This document shows positions 13,165 through 27,036 of a stretch of DNA of 64,000 nucleotides, piece after piece. The stretch spans positions 42,160,001 to 42,224,000 of the forward strand of contig OZ024742.1 in assembly GCA_964016885.1 (NCBI GenBank), written 5' to 3'. The translations under genes were made by a program, and so were the position numbers. How positions within the stretch are numbered: position 1 is the first letter of the stretch; each line of letters starts with the position of its first letter. This DNA is from Eledone cirrhosa (Eukaryota). Below the pieces are notes generated by a model. It saw only the letters and a program-made list of their open reading frames with translations, did not search any database and was not told the origin of the DNA.

Positions 13165-13660
13165 CTTGGAACCTCAGAAAATACCAGAGAGGATATTTTA
13201 GGCCTCCACGTGGCTTGTGTTGAAGCTCTGACTGACTGACCCTTCCATGTACATGCTTAACACACGTAGGGTTTGGTGGAGTCTATTTTGGTTACGGTGG
13301 TTGGTGGCATTAGCAGGTAAGTAGCAATGTCTGTTCTTGTTGAGGTAGAGGTGTTGTAACTGGTAGATTGTCCATTCTATTAAAGGTCAGGAGGAAGATA
13401 ATAGTAATAAACAGTGTGGCAGATAGAGGTTGGTAGTTAGTTATCAATTAGTAATGGTGACAGTTGACTGACCATTCATTATAGTGGTCGAAAAACCTCA
13501 ACTTCTCACATTACTTACTTGCTAATGTCACCAACCACTGTAACCAAAATAGACCTCACTGAATCCCACTTGTACCTGTGGAACTCAGTCAGTCAAAACT
13601 TCAACACAAGCCACACTGAAGCTTAAAAGGTCCTCTTTGATATTCTCCAAAGTTCCCAAC
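13165..13660. repeat. Fold-back element with ~160-bp imperfect inverted arms
   Basis: gtggcttgtgttgaagctctgactgactga...gtctattttggttacggtggttggtggcattagc is mirrored by gctaatgtcaccaaccactgtaaccaaaatagac...tcagtcagtcaaaacttcaacacaagccac. Confidence 0.8.
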
Positions 13661-13699
13661 TTGAAAATGGATAGTGTATCCAAAACAGTTTTCAATTGT

Positions 13700-14240
13700 A
13701 GAATTGCTGGAGCTGGTGCAGTAGTGCACCAGTTTCAGCATTCATTCATCAGAAGGAAGGTAGATGTAAAAGTCAAACTTGCTATCATCAAATCAGTATA
13801 CACGCCAACACTTACCTATGGTCATGAATCTTGGGTAATGACCGAAAGAATATTATAGTGAATAAAAGCAACCAAATTGGGGTTCCTCCAAAGGGTCTTT
13901 GGAGTAACGTTACTTGATGGAGTGTGTAGCTTGGAGATCAGTGAGTTATTTCAGGTAGGGCCGCTACTTTTCCAAATCAAGAGATCACAGTTCCAATACT
14001 GTCTAAGGAAAGAATTGCTGGACAGATCTTACAGACAAAGCCAACCGACAGAAGACCCATAAGCAGACAGACCATGGGCAAGATAGTTGGATAACATCAA
14101 TGAGCTTGGTTGGTCTCGCTTGAGGGTCCAGCTTGATCAATTGGAGACAGTTGCTTCTGACAGGACCCTCTAGAAGGCATGTCTGAGGGTTCTGCTCCCA
14201 TGACTATCCCAGGAATAAGTGGGCAAAAAAAGAGGAGGAG
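13700..14240 (+). mobile_element. RTE-clade LINE 3' fragment, degenerate
   Basis: KLAIIKSVYTPTLTYGHESWVMT...MGFLQRVFGVTL...IKRSQ. Confidence 0.8.
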
Positions 14241-14245
14241 AATAA

Positions 14246-14884
14246 TCATTATTTCTACTTTAAGTACAAGGCCAGTAATTTGAAGGGGAAGGGGAAAGTG
14301 GATTAAATCGACGCCAGTGAATTACTGGTGCTTTAATTTATTGACCCTATAAGAATGAAAGAAAGCTAACCTCGGCGGGATTTGAACTTTGATCATAAAG
14401 GGCCGTAACTCTATGCTTCAAAGTATGGCGACCGACCATCTATCAATATTGCCAATCCACCGCCCTTATGATAATGATAATAATTGTTTCTACTATTGCC
14501 ACAAGGCCAGCAATTACCCAGTACATTACTGGTACTTTATTTTATCGACCCCGTAAGGATGAAAGGCAAAGTTAACCTCGGCGAGATTTGAACTCAGATC
14601 GTAAAGGGACGTAACTATGCTGGAAAGCATGTCCGACCCTCTACCGATACTGCCAATTCACATAATAATGGTTTCTTATATGGCACAAGGCCAGCAATTT
14701 TGGGGGAGGGTAAAGTCGATTAAATCGACCCAGTGCGTGACTGGTGCTTTATTTTATCGACCCCCGTAAGGATGAAAGGCAAAGTTAACCTCGCCGGGAT
14801 TTGAACTCAGATCATAAAGGGTCGTAACTCTATGCTGCAAAGCATGGTGTCCGACCGTCTACCGATACTGGCAATCCACCGCCT
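14246..14884 (-). mobile_element. Three tandem head-to-tail tRNA-derived SINEs (14246-14465, 14479-14660, 14663-14884)
   Basis: Three repeats of cacaaggccagcaat...gatttgaactcag...gccaatcca separated by (aat/gat)n. Confidence 0.9.
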
Positions 14885-15476
14885 TATGATAATGATAATA
14901 ATGAGATGAGAGATAGCATATCAGTGGGCTAGAGGTTGGAGTGTGTCTATATGTAACTTTATGCCAATTAGTTTAGTGGCTTTTCTCCTTTGATACCTCA
15001 GAAGTTATCTTTATTAAATCATAATGAATTCTACACAAATACTCATGGTTTACAACAGCTAAGACTGCTCTATCATTTACAGATCTCGCTATTAATATTT
15101 TCTGAACAATCCAATGAAGGTGTCTCCAATGGTGTTCTTTTGCCTCAATTCAGTCTTGAGCAAGATGACGAGACCATTCTATCACCTTGTATATCTGGGA
15201 CTACATTGTCCAATGTATCTTTCCTTTTTTTAGACAGTAGTAGAGTGTGATTTAAAGAATATTTGACTTCTATTTTTCACAGGTTGAGCAACCACGCAGA
15301 GGCATCAAATTTGTTTTTCATACATCCTGGTCAGTTTGGGGAAAATACACTGCATCATTTAGTTACATTTCTATGTTCTGAGGTCAAAGTGGACTTTGCT
15401 TTTCATTCTGATGGAGGTTAAAAAAAAAAAATGTCTATACCCTTCTGTGACCGTGTGCTAGAAATCATTAATATTA

Positions 15477-15680
15477 TTAACCCTTTAGCATTTAAACCAG
15501 CCATATCTGGCCAGAATTCTCTCACCTCTTTCTGTTCAAACCAACTGTAATCAGCTGCTCATACTGATGTTAAGGTATTCTTCTCAAAATAAATAATATC
15601 AAAATCTCCTAGATTCAATATTATGTGAGATAATTATATGAAAGCCTTTCCTGTGACAACATAATAGTAAATATAGAGTT
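15477..15680 (+). mobile_element. piggyBac-like MITE family A, 3'-truncated
   Basis: TTAA-CCCTTTAGCATTTAAACC...; same family at ~20270, 30294, 32141, 45298, 56082 and 59709. Confidence 0.75.
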
Positions 15681-16242
15681 TAAGTGGAGGAATGGAAATA
15701 TAGGGTTTAAGTGGAGGAATGGAAGAACCATTAGAGTATCAGAGTATCAGTATTTATTCTAGTTCTTTGTACTCTGAATTAAAATTCAGCTGTTGACTTT
15801 GTTTTTCATTTTTTCAGGGTCTATAAATGAAGTAGCAATCAAGGTTGGTGGACCAGTGGAATTGTATCATCTCATTAAGCTTCTGTGCCTTCTTAGTTTG
15901 CTTGCAGTGTCACTAGTTGTGCTTAGGTTTTTCTTTGGACAACATTGATATATTGGGAAAACAAAGAGTAGATTGGATGCATGGACGACTGCTGGTCTTC
16001 AATAACGAAACTTTGCTCAAGCCTCATATTGACTTTGGTTTTTATTCATTTGAGATATAAGAACAAATTAATTTCTGGGGTCAATTTAACAGACTTCCCA
16101 CAAAGTTGTCTATGAACCAATGTAAAAATTGTCTTTCATCTTTCTAGGGTCGCTAAAATAAATACCAGTAAAGTACTCAGGTTGATTTACTTGATTTTCT
16201 CCTCTTCCAAAATGTGTAGCCTTGTTAGAAATCATTATTATT

Positions 16243-16352
16243 AAATCCCGCCGAGGTTGACTTTGCCTTTCATCCTTACGGGGTCGATAAAATAAAGTAC
16301 CAGTAATGCACTGGGTAATTGCTGGCCTTGTGCCAAAAGTAGAAACAATTAT
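16243..16352 (+). mobile_element. 5'-truncated SINE
   Basis: aaatcccgccgaggttgactttgcctttcatcc...ccttgtgccaaaagtag. Confidence 0.85.
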
Positions 16353-16670
16353 TATTAGTATCACTATTATTATTAATGTTATTGAGAGGTATTAGTGATC
16401 TTGTGAGAGATTTTTCTGCATCCCTCTGCCTCTTCTCTGTCATTAACGTTAACGACCACATATATTCTCTCAATATCTTGATATAGCTGTTGTTGCTAAG
16501 ATAGTTAATTGACTTCTAGCAATCCAACTGCAGACAGTTGATTATTGTTGAATAACCTTCCATTCAATATAGAATAGTCTTATTGTTATATTCTGAGTAC
16601 TACTACTGCTTGAGTAAGCTTCAAATATATGAAAGGTGGGGACTATACTAATTATCAGTAAGTGATATTA

Positions 16671-19190
16671 CTATGAGATTTTAGCTGTGCAATCACAACC
16701 ACTTTTGAGGAGTGCAGAGTGGATCTGTAAATAATATAATAAATGAACTATGATAAAAAGGAAAAACAATTAAAAAATGAATTCTGCTTCCATCTTGTAA
16801 AACAAAATAGAAGGTTATTACACAGTTGATAAAGGTTGATAAGCCAAACAATAACCATACCTGATCATTATTCAGCAAGTCACTAACAATAGACATGATA
16901 TCTCTAAGTGAAAATTCTTGCTCCAAATATGAAGGTATGTAGCTGTTTTTATTGTTATGGCTCACACCTTGCAGATTTAGCAAGCCTCCTGTGAAGCATC
17001 TCATGGGTGGTTTCTTGGATATTTTAATTATAGGTACTTCAGTCCTATCATAATGTATGTAGGTATTTATGTTATGTATTATCATCATTTTACATGTTTT
17101 TCCATACTTGAATGTATTAGGAAGATAGATCTTCTCTGCCATGACATCTCATCAATTGTTACAGTCCTTTATTACCTCCTTGAAGTTCAGCCTCCTAATA
17201 TCAGCCTTTACCTCTTCTTTCTTCTTTCCATGTCTTCCTCTTCCACAGCTTCCTTCTACTTAGATTGATTGGCACTGTCATCCTCCAAATGCATCACATG
17301 TCCATACCATCGCAGTCGTCTCTTTTGTACACTACATCTGATTCCTCTTATATCCAGTTTTTCTCTTAACTTATTTGTGCTCCATTGTTTTTAAGGTCTT
17401 TTACTTTTATGTCTCTATCCACCATATCACCTTCCATCTGGCTCCAACCTTGCTCCATCCACAGATCAGATTTTTGACTTATAGCAGGTTGTCTCATAGA
17501 AACTCCCAGTTGTCTTCCATATTATAAGTCTCTATGCTTGTGACTGGAAGTGTTTTGGGATATTTGAATATTTGTATGCTTTGTATACAGTATCTGTAAG
17601 ATGGGTTAGCTTGGGGATGGAACCCAAGTGTAAACACAATATCTCTTTTCATTTCATAGTACACCTTATACATATACCCTGAAGGTAGGAATTTTTCGTT
17701 TGTGGCAAGTCATGTTAATATTAGAAAAAAATTTGGATTTAGAATTCCAGATAAAGGATTCTTGATCTGTATGAATTCTGAAAGGATTTGTTTCTCAGTA
17801 ACATACTTGTTAACACATAGTTTCTCAAATTCACTCATCCTAACTTAAGTAAGAAGCAATGAAATACAAGATGAATATAACATATAATGAATGACAGCTT
17901 ATAAAAAAATACTGAAACAAAAATGTCTAACAATCTCATTTGTATAAAATTTCTTTACTGTAATTTTAGTTCAATCTCCAAATTAGCATCCATATAGTTA
18001 TTTTTGTATCATTGTTGTATATATATTGTAGTGGTCTTGAAATTGGTTGTTGGTTAACTTATTTTGTATAATGCTAATTACAATGTTGCTGTTTTTTTAT
18101 CTCTCTCATGAAATTAGGATAAATTTTACAGTTTTAAAATTGTGTGGTTGTCTCTTTTTATATAATCCAATTCACAAAATAAATCATGGGAATTTGAACA
18201 GATAATTATGTTAACTATTTTGATGGTAAATCGGATAGCTGTATACTAGTAAAAAAAATACTTGCCAACTTTCACAAATGTTTCACACAAAAGACAAAGT
18301 TCCCACATAAAAATATGTTCTTGACTTGGGTAAAGGAGAAAATATAGTTTGGTGAAGTAAGGTGTTTATGATACTTCATATTGTAATTTGTTATCATTCT
18401 GAATTTAGTAAGATAACTAACTTTTTCATTACTAAACTGGAGTTTGTAAAAAATTTGTTACATAAAATTATACTGGAAGGTTTTAATGTATGATCACTGT
18501 TAAACAGGCAGTTTTATATCAAAGAACCAGGGTTAGTTTCAGACAGTTCAGTATCAAATGGGTTAATTATAACTAATGATTATTTTTTAATTCCTTTGTT
18601 TCTCTCGATCACTCACATCTATTCATCCAGTCGAAGCTTTAGAACTAATAATTCAAAATCTCTACAGGATTTTATCACAATGATTAGAAACATTGAAACT
18701 TTGTATCAGATATAAAGATTCTGAGTTCAAACCCAGCCTAGGTAACTATGTATTTACTTAGACTGAGTTTATCTAGGAATAAAGCACCAAGTTGAGGTTA
18801 ATAGTTTAGAAAATGTAAATCATATTGAAATTGACCAACTCAGAAATTTCTGTTTTGTAATTGATACCAAACCATCTGTAACTGCCCTTGGTTCTAAATA
18901 CAAAACTATTTATTTTAAAATGTTTATATATATATATATATATATATATATGCCAGCACCAACAGTTTTGCAAGAGATGTCAACATGAATGGACTTGTTA
19001 TTTTTATCTAAAGACATTTTTTCCAATTCCATCCCGCCCGTCCCCTCAATCTATTTTATTTCTCATTCTTTCTTCTTATGAAGGACTAGCATCCGAAACG
19101 TTATGACCCTCTTCCTGCTATATCAAGCGTTAACCTAATATATACCTTCCATATACTGTACGGAGTGTGTTGTTATTTCTGTTTACCTTT

Positions 19191-19239
<49 letters not shown>

Positions 19240-22200
19240 TCATCATCTTCGTTTAACGTCCATTTTCCACGCTAGCATGAGTTAGACGGGAGTTGTCCCG
19301 GTGACCGTGTCTCGCTCATATAGGACTATCTGGCAGGTTTTCTAGGGCTGGATGCCCTTCCTAACACCAACCACATTTACAGTGTGGAGCTGGGAACTTT
19401 TTACCGTGTTACCTACACGGCCACATTACAGCGTGGACTGTGTGTTTTTTCTCATGACACCTACACGATCTCGATCTCATTATCTCATTTATTTGGACTG
19501 GATGTTGTGGTACCAACTTTACAGAGAGAGGGTGGTGTTGGTGGGAGGATAGGGTAGTGGATTGGGGTGTATATTTGGTTAAGAGGTGCCTACTGACTGT
19601 AGCTTTCGCTTTGCACATAGGCAAGGCGGGTCTTCTGTATTACTGCGTAGTGCCAAAGATGATACTGTCTTAGAGAGGTGTAAAGTGACATTGTCTTAGA
19701 GAGGTGCAAGTGTGTAAGGTCGGAATTTATCAGATCGTCCCAGGTTTTTCTGGGTCTATCTACTCCGTAACTACCATCAATTTTGATCGCCCTGCACTTT
19801 TTTATACAGCTGTCGTCTTTCATGCGCATCACGTAGCCATACCAACGTAGTCTTCTCTCGAGTAAACAGCATCTGATCCCTCTTATTCCTAATTTCTCAC
19901 TTAGTTCATTTATGCTTTGCCGTTCACGTATATTACTATTACACATCCATGCTTCGTTCCGTTCCAGTCTATGCAGGTCCTCTGCACGTAATGCCCATTG
20001 CTGTTCGTATACAAGCATCATACAATCTGCCTTTCATTTTTAGAGAGAAACCTTTTGTGGCCAACAGCGGTATAAGCTCTCTGAACTTTTTCCATCCCGT
20101 TCTAACTCCTGTATATATATATGTGTGTGTGTGTGTGGTCTAATGGTTAGAGTGTTGGACTCATGATCATAAGGTTGTGGGTTCAGTTCCTGGACCAGGT
20201 GTTGTGTTGTGTTCATGAACAAGACACCTCATTTTTGCTGCTTTTCATGATAAGACTAGAAACTCTAACACTGGCCGTATCTGGCTAGAATTCTGTCACC
20301 TCTTTCTGTTCAAACTGGCTGCTCATACTGACGTTAAGGTATTGTTCTCAAAATAAATATCAAAATCTCATAGATTTGATATTATGTGAAAATATAATAG
20401 TATATGTAGAGTAATGTAAAATACCCAAGAAACCTTATAAGAGGCCAGCTTAACCTGAAAGATGTGAGCTGTAAATTTCATTTAATTCCTATTAGTAGTA
20501 GAGAAAAATCAATCCTATGGATGATTTGATCAGAAAGATTTGTACCTGTGATAGAAATATTTTGAAAGACATTTTTTTTTTTTTCTTTGTAGTTTAAATC
20601 TTTGATAATATTATGCTAAACCATAATAAATCAATAATATCTGTTTATTTGAAATCTTTCATTTTATTATTTATTTATTATTAATATTAAAACGAAGGGT
20701 GGTGGATTGGCAGTTGTTGGACAAATGCTTTAGGAGTAGTTTGTTCCAGCTCCTTATATTCTGAATTCAAATCCCACTGAGGTCTTGAGTTTAATAAAAT
20801 AAAGTATCTGTAAAATAATGGAGTTGCACAAACTGCTGGTCTTGTGCCTAAATTAGAAATCATTATTGGTATTAAATATGTCTTTAAGTTTGAAAATGGC
20901 AAGATCGATATTATAGTCTTGTATTTTTTTTCTGGTTCTGCACTCTCAGAATGAAATATTTCATGGCCAATAAGATAGATTACCAATCTAGGGTAGTGGA
21001 AGTGATAGTGTCAGATGAAATGTTCTCACTGTATTTGTTCTAGTTCTTTATATTCTGAGTTCATCATCTGCTGTGGTCTACTTAATCTGTGACCCAGTTT
21101 AACACCACCACCTGAGACATGCTTGAAGATATCTTCCTCCCACACTAATTCCCTTCTACTAAACTTATGGTCCTGGGCACTGCCCTTCCCTCCGTGACTT
21201 AAAAAGAAAACAGCAATAGTAAAGTAAAATATTTTCAGTCAATTTCCAGTGATGGAATAACATTTTTTTTTTCTAGTTTAAAGCTTTGATAATATTCTGC
21301 TAAATCATTGTCAATCAATATGATCTGTTCACTTGAAATCTTTCATTTTATTTATATTAAATATGCCTTTAGGTTAGAAGTTTTTGAAAATAACTAGACC
21401 TGTGAAAAAGGCAATTCATCTAGGAGAGCAGATACTCTGAATTAAAACTGATACAGGGTAGAGAGGGCACTTAAGTCCTGGCAGACAACTTCTCTAGTGC
21501 TGGTGGCATAATAAAATGCACCCAATCCAGGCTGTAAAATGGTTGGTGATAGGAAGGGCATCCTGTTAGAAAACTTCTGCAAAAAATAAATAAATAAATG
21601 ACTAGCACAAGCTACAGTATTGAAGCTGAACTGTTAAGAACCCATGCAAGTATGGAAAAGCCAACATAAAATGATAATGGTGAACAAAAATTTGACTTAG
21701 AGCAGTTTTTACTATATATTTTGAAAGTACAAATATAAAGTCATTTTTCTATTATGACTTAGAGAAGTGTCCATATCCCTCCATGTCTGTTAGGAGGAAG
21801 GAAATAAGTTATCCTCTTATTGGAGACATGGTCCAAATACTTGCAACAAAGTAGACTGCACTAAAGACAGGCAAAGACCAGGTAGTGGTGTTAATCCTTT
21901 AACTCTTTCACTCCCATATTTCTAATGAAATATTTTCAAATCATTAAAATAATCATATTTTTGAAAGGATTTAGTAATATAACTAAAAATAAATTTCTCA
22001 TTATTAAGCTCATGTTTGGAACATAATTTAACATAATTCTTACATAAAATTATGATGGAGGATTTTAGATAGATATAATATTTTAAAACAAACAATTCTG
22101 CATCATAGAATCAGAGGCTGTTTGATATAAAAAGGGGTTAAACACCAACCCACCTTTATTACATATTGTGTTCAAATTTAAATTCAATTCTTGGATTGAA

Positions 22201-25200
22201 ATCTCATTATTACACGACAGATAAAATTAGATTTTTGTAGTTAAATATATTTATTGTTTTGATAATTAAAACAATATATATATGAAATAGATTAAAATGA
22301 AGCTATTTCAGTCATATTATACCTGAAATATCTCAAATACTATATAGAGTAAAAACTATAATTTGTAGAGCTTCATTTTTTCTCAAATTATATTTAGGTG
22401 TAAAAATTTACAGTATATTAAAAGTAAGCATTGCAAGCAAAAATTAAATTTTAAAATAAAAATGTAATTTTACCTCCAAATTTATACTTTATACTGCAGA
22501 TTCATTCCAGTAAAGAAATAGATATTAATTAATAAATTAAGACCCTGTAAACTCACCAATAAGCAATGTTTTAAAACATACCTTGTGTTGTTACATGTCT
22601 AGACAGCAAAAAGACACACTAATATAAGATATAACTCTATATTTAAACCTATTGATACTAAACTGTCCTTGATTCTACTATACAAAACTGTTTTAAAGTG
22701 TTAATGTTTATTGAAAAACTTTTAACAGTTTTATGTAAAACCTTTTTATGTTTGGAATACCAACTTAATAATGAGTAAGTTAGTTATATTGTTAAATCTC
22801 TCAAAATGATTTTTAAATCACAGATAAAGTCTATTAGAAATATGGTAATGAAAGGATTAATAGAGATATAAATTGGGAGTAAGGGCATGAGAGATCAATC
22901 AGAGAATTGATGAAAATATTTATAAGAATTGAATTTGAAATTTTGGCTGGATATTTTTTTTGAATTTAGATTTGGACTGGAACATCAATTACAATATTTT
23001 TTTGTTTTTTTAAATTAAGTTTTTAAATCAACTGAAAATATGTTAATAGTTATCATGAGTTAATTGTTAATTGAAATATTTGGGAGAAAAGAATGGCTGT
23101 TGCTTGTATTTTTAAAAAACAACAATTGAGTATAACTGTAATAAAGTTGGAATAGTTGGGTATTAAATGTAATTTATTTCATGACAATTTCATTGTTCCA
23201 TGTCATTGTGAATTAAACATTTTTTTTTTCTGATTTTCCTTATTTAATTTCATTGTCTTTTGACAAAATCCATAGGTCTCTACTGTAGACCTGTGAAGGC
23301 TAGAATGTAATGAAGCAAGTATGCTCCATTGGATATGCAATGTCAGTGTTCATGAATGACATAGCATAAGTTGAGAAAAAAACTTGGCATAAGAGGAATT
23401 TTATGATAGAAAACTGCATTGGTATGGACATGTGATATGATCCATATATCTATACCAATATATGCAACATCAATGCCAATAACAGTCTAAATCAAGCTTT
23501 GGCTAACTATGGGCAAAATCCTGCCTGCAGTTTCATTTCATGCAACTTTATTGAATATATGACACTGTGTGCAAAAATTCTATATTTTCAATGTATAGTT
23601 AGCACAATATCTTTGCTATTTTTGAATTATTCTGTTAAATTGCTGAGCTTGCTTTGGCTTAGTAAAAGAAATATTTTCATCAACCTTTTGGCTATAAATG
23701 GTTTATATCATGGCTGGAAAACATCTATTTTATTCTACAACACTTATGAAAAAGATTGGAGTAATTAAAAAAAAAAAAAAAAAAAAAAGCTGTTTTCATA
23801 GCCTTGTAAGATGGTTTTATATTGTATTCAAATTATAAAAATATTTCCAAACCAACCTACCTGCAAAAATGTTTGTCAACCACTGCTCTAAATCATCAAT
23901 TACTATCCTCCATTCCTTGCTTGATCAATGCCAACATTTGTACATCTTTATGTAGTAATTTTAGTTTAAATATTAAAGGTTTCATTTATTTGGGACATTC
24001 AGCTACTAACCACATCAATTTAGCCATAAACAGGTACCATAACCAGGCTAGATCAGAGGTAGGGTGACTTTGAAGGGCCCTACTTAGCTCAAATACCAAA
24101 TCTTCTAATTTGTATACAGCATGTATGTATATATCTGTAACCCATACATAAATCATATGTATTTAGTAACCACTGGTTGCTAATTTTACTTCTGGCCTGG
24201 GACTATTACTAGTTTTACACAGGCCTCACTGATGGAACTACAGCAGAACACTTTGTAATTGGCAAGTGATTTGTTAACTAACAGTGTTGACCTTCAATTC
24301 ACTTAATAAAGATCAAACTTTCAGTGCTATCCTAATGATTTATAGGAAATTACTGTTTTAACCCTTTAACATTTACATATAACTCTATATTTACTATTAA
24401 TGTTTATATTTATTTAAAAGAAATCTCCCATCATAATTTTACATAAACATAATGAGAAAGTACATTAGATTACTAAATCTAATGTACTTCCAAATTCTTA
24501 TTTTCAACATTATAAAAATTTAGGCTGTGTCTTTCATTAAAATTAAGATAATGAAAGGGTTAAAGAGTATAAAATGTAGTAGGTCCTCTTTAGTTTCTTC
24601 TTTTATGAATGTGTTATCCTGGAATTAATAGCACAATATATTTGTGCTTGGCCGGATCTTGGAGGATTGTGGTAAAACAACTCTTCCTAAACTCCTTTGA
24701 GCTTTGGTTTCATGGTATTAAATAGATAAGAGATAAATCTGTTGTTACTGATTAAGATGTTTAGACAATTTCAAGTATTAACTCAGAGGATATATATTAT
24801 TTATACCAAACAGCTAATAGTACTGCCGAAACACCTGCAGTGTGTTTGAATTAGAGCACAAGCTGCTAAGTTGGCTTATTTGCTTTTCTTTAGATTGTTT
24901 CTGGAGAATAAAAGATAAAGTGTAATGAGAATGGGCAGTGACAAGTCAGATACGACACAGATTTAAAGTAATAGATAAAAGTAACACTTTTGTCTTGAGT
25001 GACCAAACTATTTAATAATCTATTGTTGGGATTGAATTAAAGGAGAATGTCAAGTGTGTTGAAAACAAGCCTAGAATAGTGAGGGGCATGAATGGAAGAG
25101 GGAAATCGGTGTAGAATGTTTAACATGTCTAGTGCCTTAATTAACACCAGTCAGATGTGAAAAAACAAAAGAAGTATTGTGTACACTAAAATAACCCAGA

Positions 25201-26935
25201 ACAACAAATAAATTAAATTAATGGATGCCTTTGAAAACAAGGTGTGAAATGAATGGAATTAACAAAAATTTCAATAGAAAGTCGTTCTGTAAAAATATAT
25301 TTACAAAACTTATTTAATAAGTAGTTTCGATAAAATGTCGTTCAATTTATTCTATGAAAATTAGTTTCGAGATAAGTTTTTTCGATGAAAATATGTTTAC
25401 CAAATTGTTCTGTGAGTAATAATTTTGATAAAAAGATGATTCGATAACTAGTTCGGTGGAAATATATTTACAAAATTATTCTATGAAAATGTAAGCCGAT
25501 AAGCCAAATTGTAGTGAATGTCTGCAAACGAAAACTTAAATTTGAGGAAATCAGAAGATTACAATGTCTATTGAATAAACAAGTAAGGAAGACTATACAA
25601 AATTACAATTTCTTTTATTTACATTACATAAGATCAACTTAACATTTCTACGTAGAAAAGGCAGTTATTGTGCACCAGAGATTCTTAAAATGGGTGCTAC
25701 CACCCCAGGGGGCGCTGAGTGTATTATGTGGCTGTGAGGAGGCGGTGGCTCAAAAGGTTTGAGAACCTCTGGTGTACACAATGACCCAAATATTAATTAG
25801 AATAATAATTTTAAAAAAAATGTAATGTAATATGTGCATTTGTTTTATGTGAGTATTAATGAATGTTAGACTAAATGGTAAATACACTGAATGCATATTT
25901 CTCTTGTACCAAAATAACATCCGAACACGTGTCTTCGAGAAAAGAACATAGCAAGAGAAGATGTTGGATTGAATATCCAACGTAACGAATCTGACTGGCG
26001 TTGATTCGGAAAGAATTTTCGATGATATTTTGATATGCAAGTTGGCAGCTCGTTGTATCCAACGAACTACGTCAACCTGGGTTACGAACAAGGCCTATGA
26101 GAGAGAGAGGGGGGGGGGGGGGTCTCAAGAGCTAAGAAGGCAACCATGCAACATCCATTTTGAGAAAAATCTTTGCCTGCTTCGGACCACCGCCTTGCAA
26201 AATTTCTCTTGGAGGCCCTGGTTACAAGTGTATTATCTTCAGAGAGAGGTGTTCAATGGACAAGACAAATCCACAAATCTTAGTGTTTCACATGTAGAGC
26301 GAGTCTAATCTACAGTATTTTAAGAGTTGAAAGACAGTCTCCTTCTGTTAAGTCCTGTACAATTTGAAATTATTATTTTATTTCGCTTATGAAAAACAAA
26401 TGAAAGTGAGTTCTATAGAGTAATAGTAGTAGTTGTCAGGCTAAATGATTATTTTATAGTTGGTGATCATAGGTAATCTTTCGTTTTAAGTACTATTAAA
26501 GTGAAATAATAAAATGGAATAAATTGACAGTAATTTGCCATAAAATGAAACTGAACGGTATCTGATTTATCTTCATATATAAAGTCCAAATGATTTATTA
26601 GCAAAATTTGAAATAAAATTATTATAATCGATTAAATTTTTCACATTTCTTACGCTGTTATATTTTATCCATCCTAACTTGCCTTCTTCGTCTCTCTTTG
26701 TAATTCACTTTTTGTTTATTTATCTTCACATATTCCGCTCGTTAGACAAATTGCAATACAGTAAAATTGAAAAAATATATTAGTAAAGAAAGAAAGAGAA
26801 AGTTTGCCTGTTTGACTTATAAATAAAGTGAAAAGAACAGTGAAATAACGAGCTCGTAAGTCATAGTAGGAAGGGTGGGGAATGTTTCTTCATCAATGAA
26901 CACCTTCATGCTTGTTACCTACTTACCTGCGGCAT
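16671..26935 (-). CDS. Candidate spliced antisense micro-gene, exons 26935-26927, 22598-22582, 17044-16861, 16724-16671; 87-aa product of unknown function
   Basis: GT-AG sites CAG|GTAAGT, TCTAG|, AAG|GTATGT, GATAG|, CAG|GTATGG, TACAG|; phases 0, 2 and 0 all agree; no recognisable homology; exon 3 acceptor is weak. Confidence 0.3.
17270..17390 (-). mobile_element. RTE LINE fragment
   Basis: Minus strand encodes EKLDIRGIRCSVQKRRLRWYGHVM. Confidence 0.75.
19030..19190 (+). mobile_element. Hammerhead-bearing pLTR-like repeat (core mutated to CTTATGA)
   Basis: ttctt-CTTATGA-aggactagcatcc-GAAAcgtta at 19070-19103; same family inverted at 37620-37715. Confidence 0.55.
19238..20110 (-). mobile_element. 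5'-truncated RTE LINE with 3' UTR and (GAT)n tail, in (TA)n
   Basis: RLERNEA..CNSNIRERQSINEL..RRLRWYG..RPRKTW; homologous to 51415-52246. Confidence 0.92.
21899..22141. mobile_element. piggyBac-like MITE family B
   Basis: TTAA-ctcttt ... aaggggTTAA ends. Confidence 0.6.
25676..25771. mobile_element. 96-bp hAT (Charlie/Buster-like) MITE
   Basis: TIRs cagagattcttaaa / tttgagaacctctg; decayed 8-bp TSD ttgtgcac / gtgtacac. Confidence 0.7.
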
Positions 26936-27036
26936 CTTGCAGTTTATTTGTGTCTGAAGGAGGTCTTGTTAACCTTGCTCTCATTCATGTATACTCTCAT
27001 ACACAAAAGACGAGCTTATAAGTCTCAGTTAAACCC

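Noticed and set aside
15668-15724. Short direct duplication (also 45810-45852)
   Set aside because: Ordinary slippage duplications with no further structure.
23855-23925. Possible extra minus-strand exon ending CAG|GTAGG
   Set aside because: No convincing acceptor, an upstream in-frame stop, and the sequence resembles a hAT MITE end (cagtggttgacaaac).
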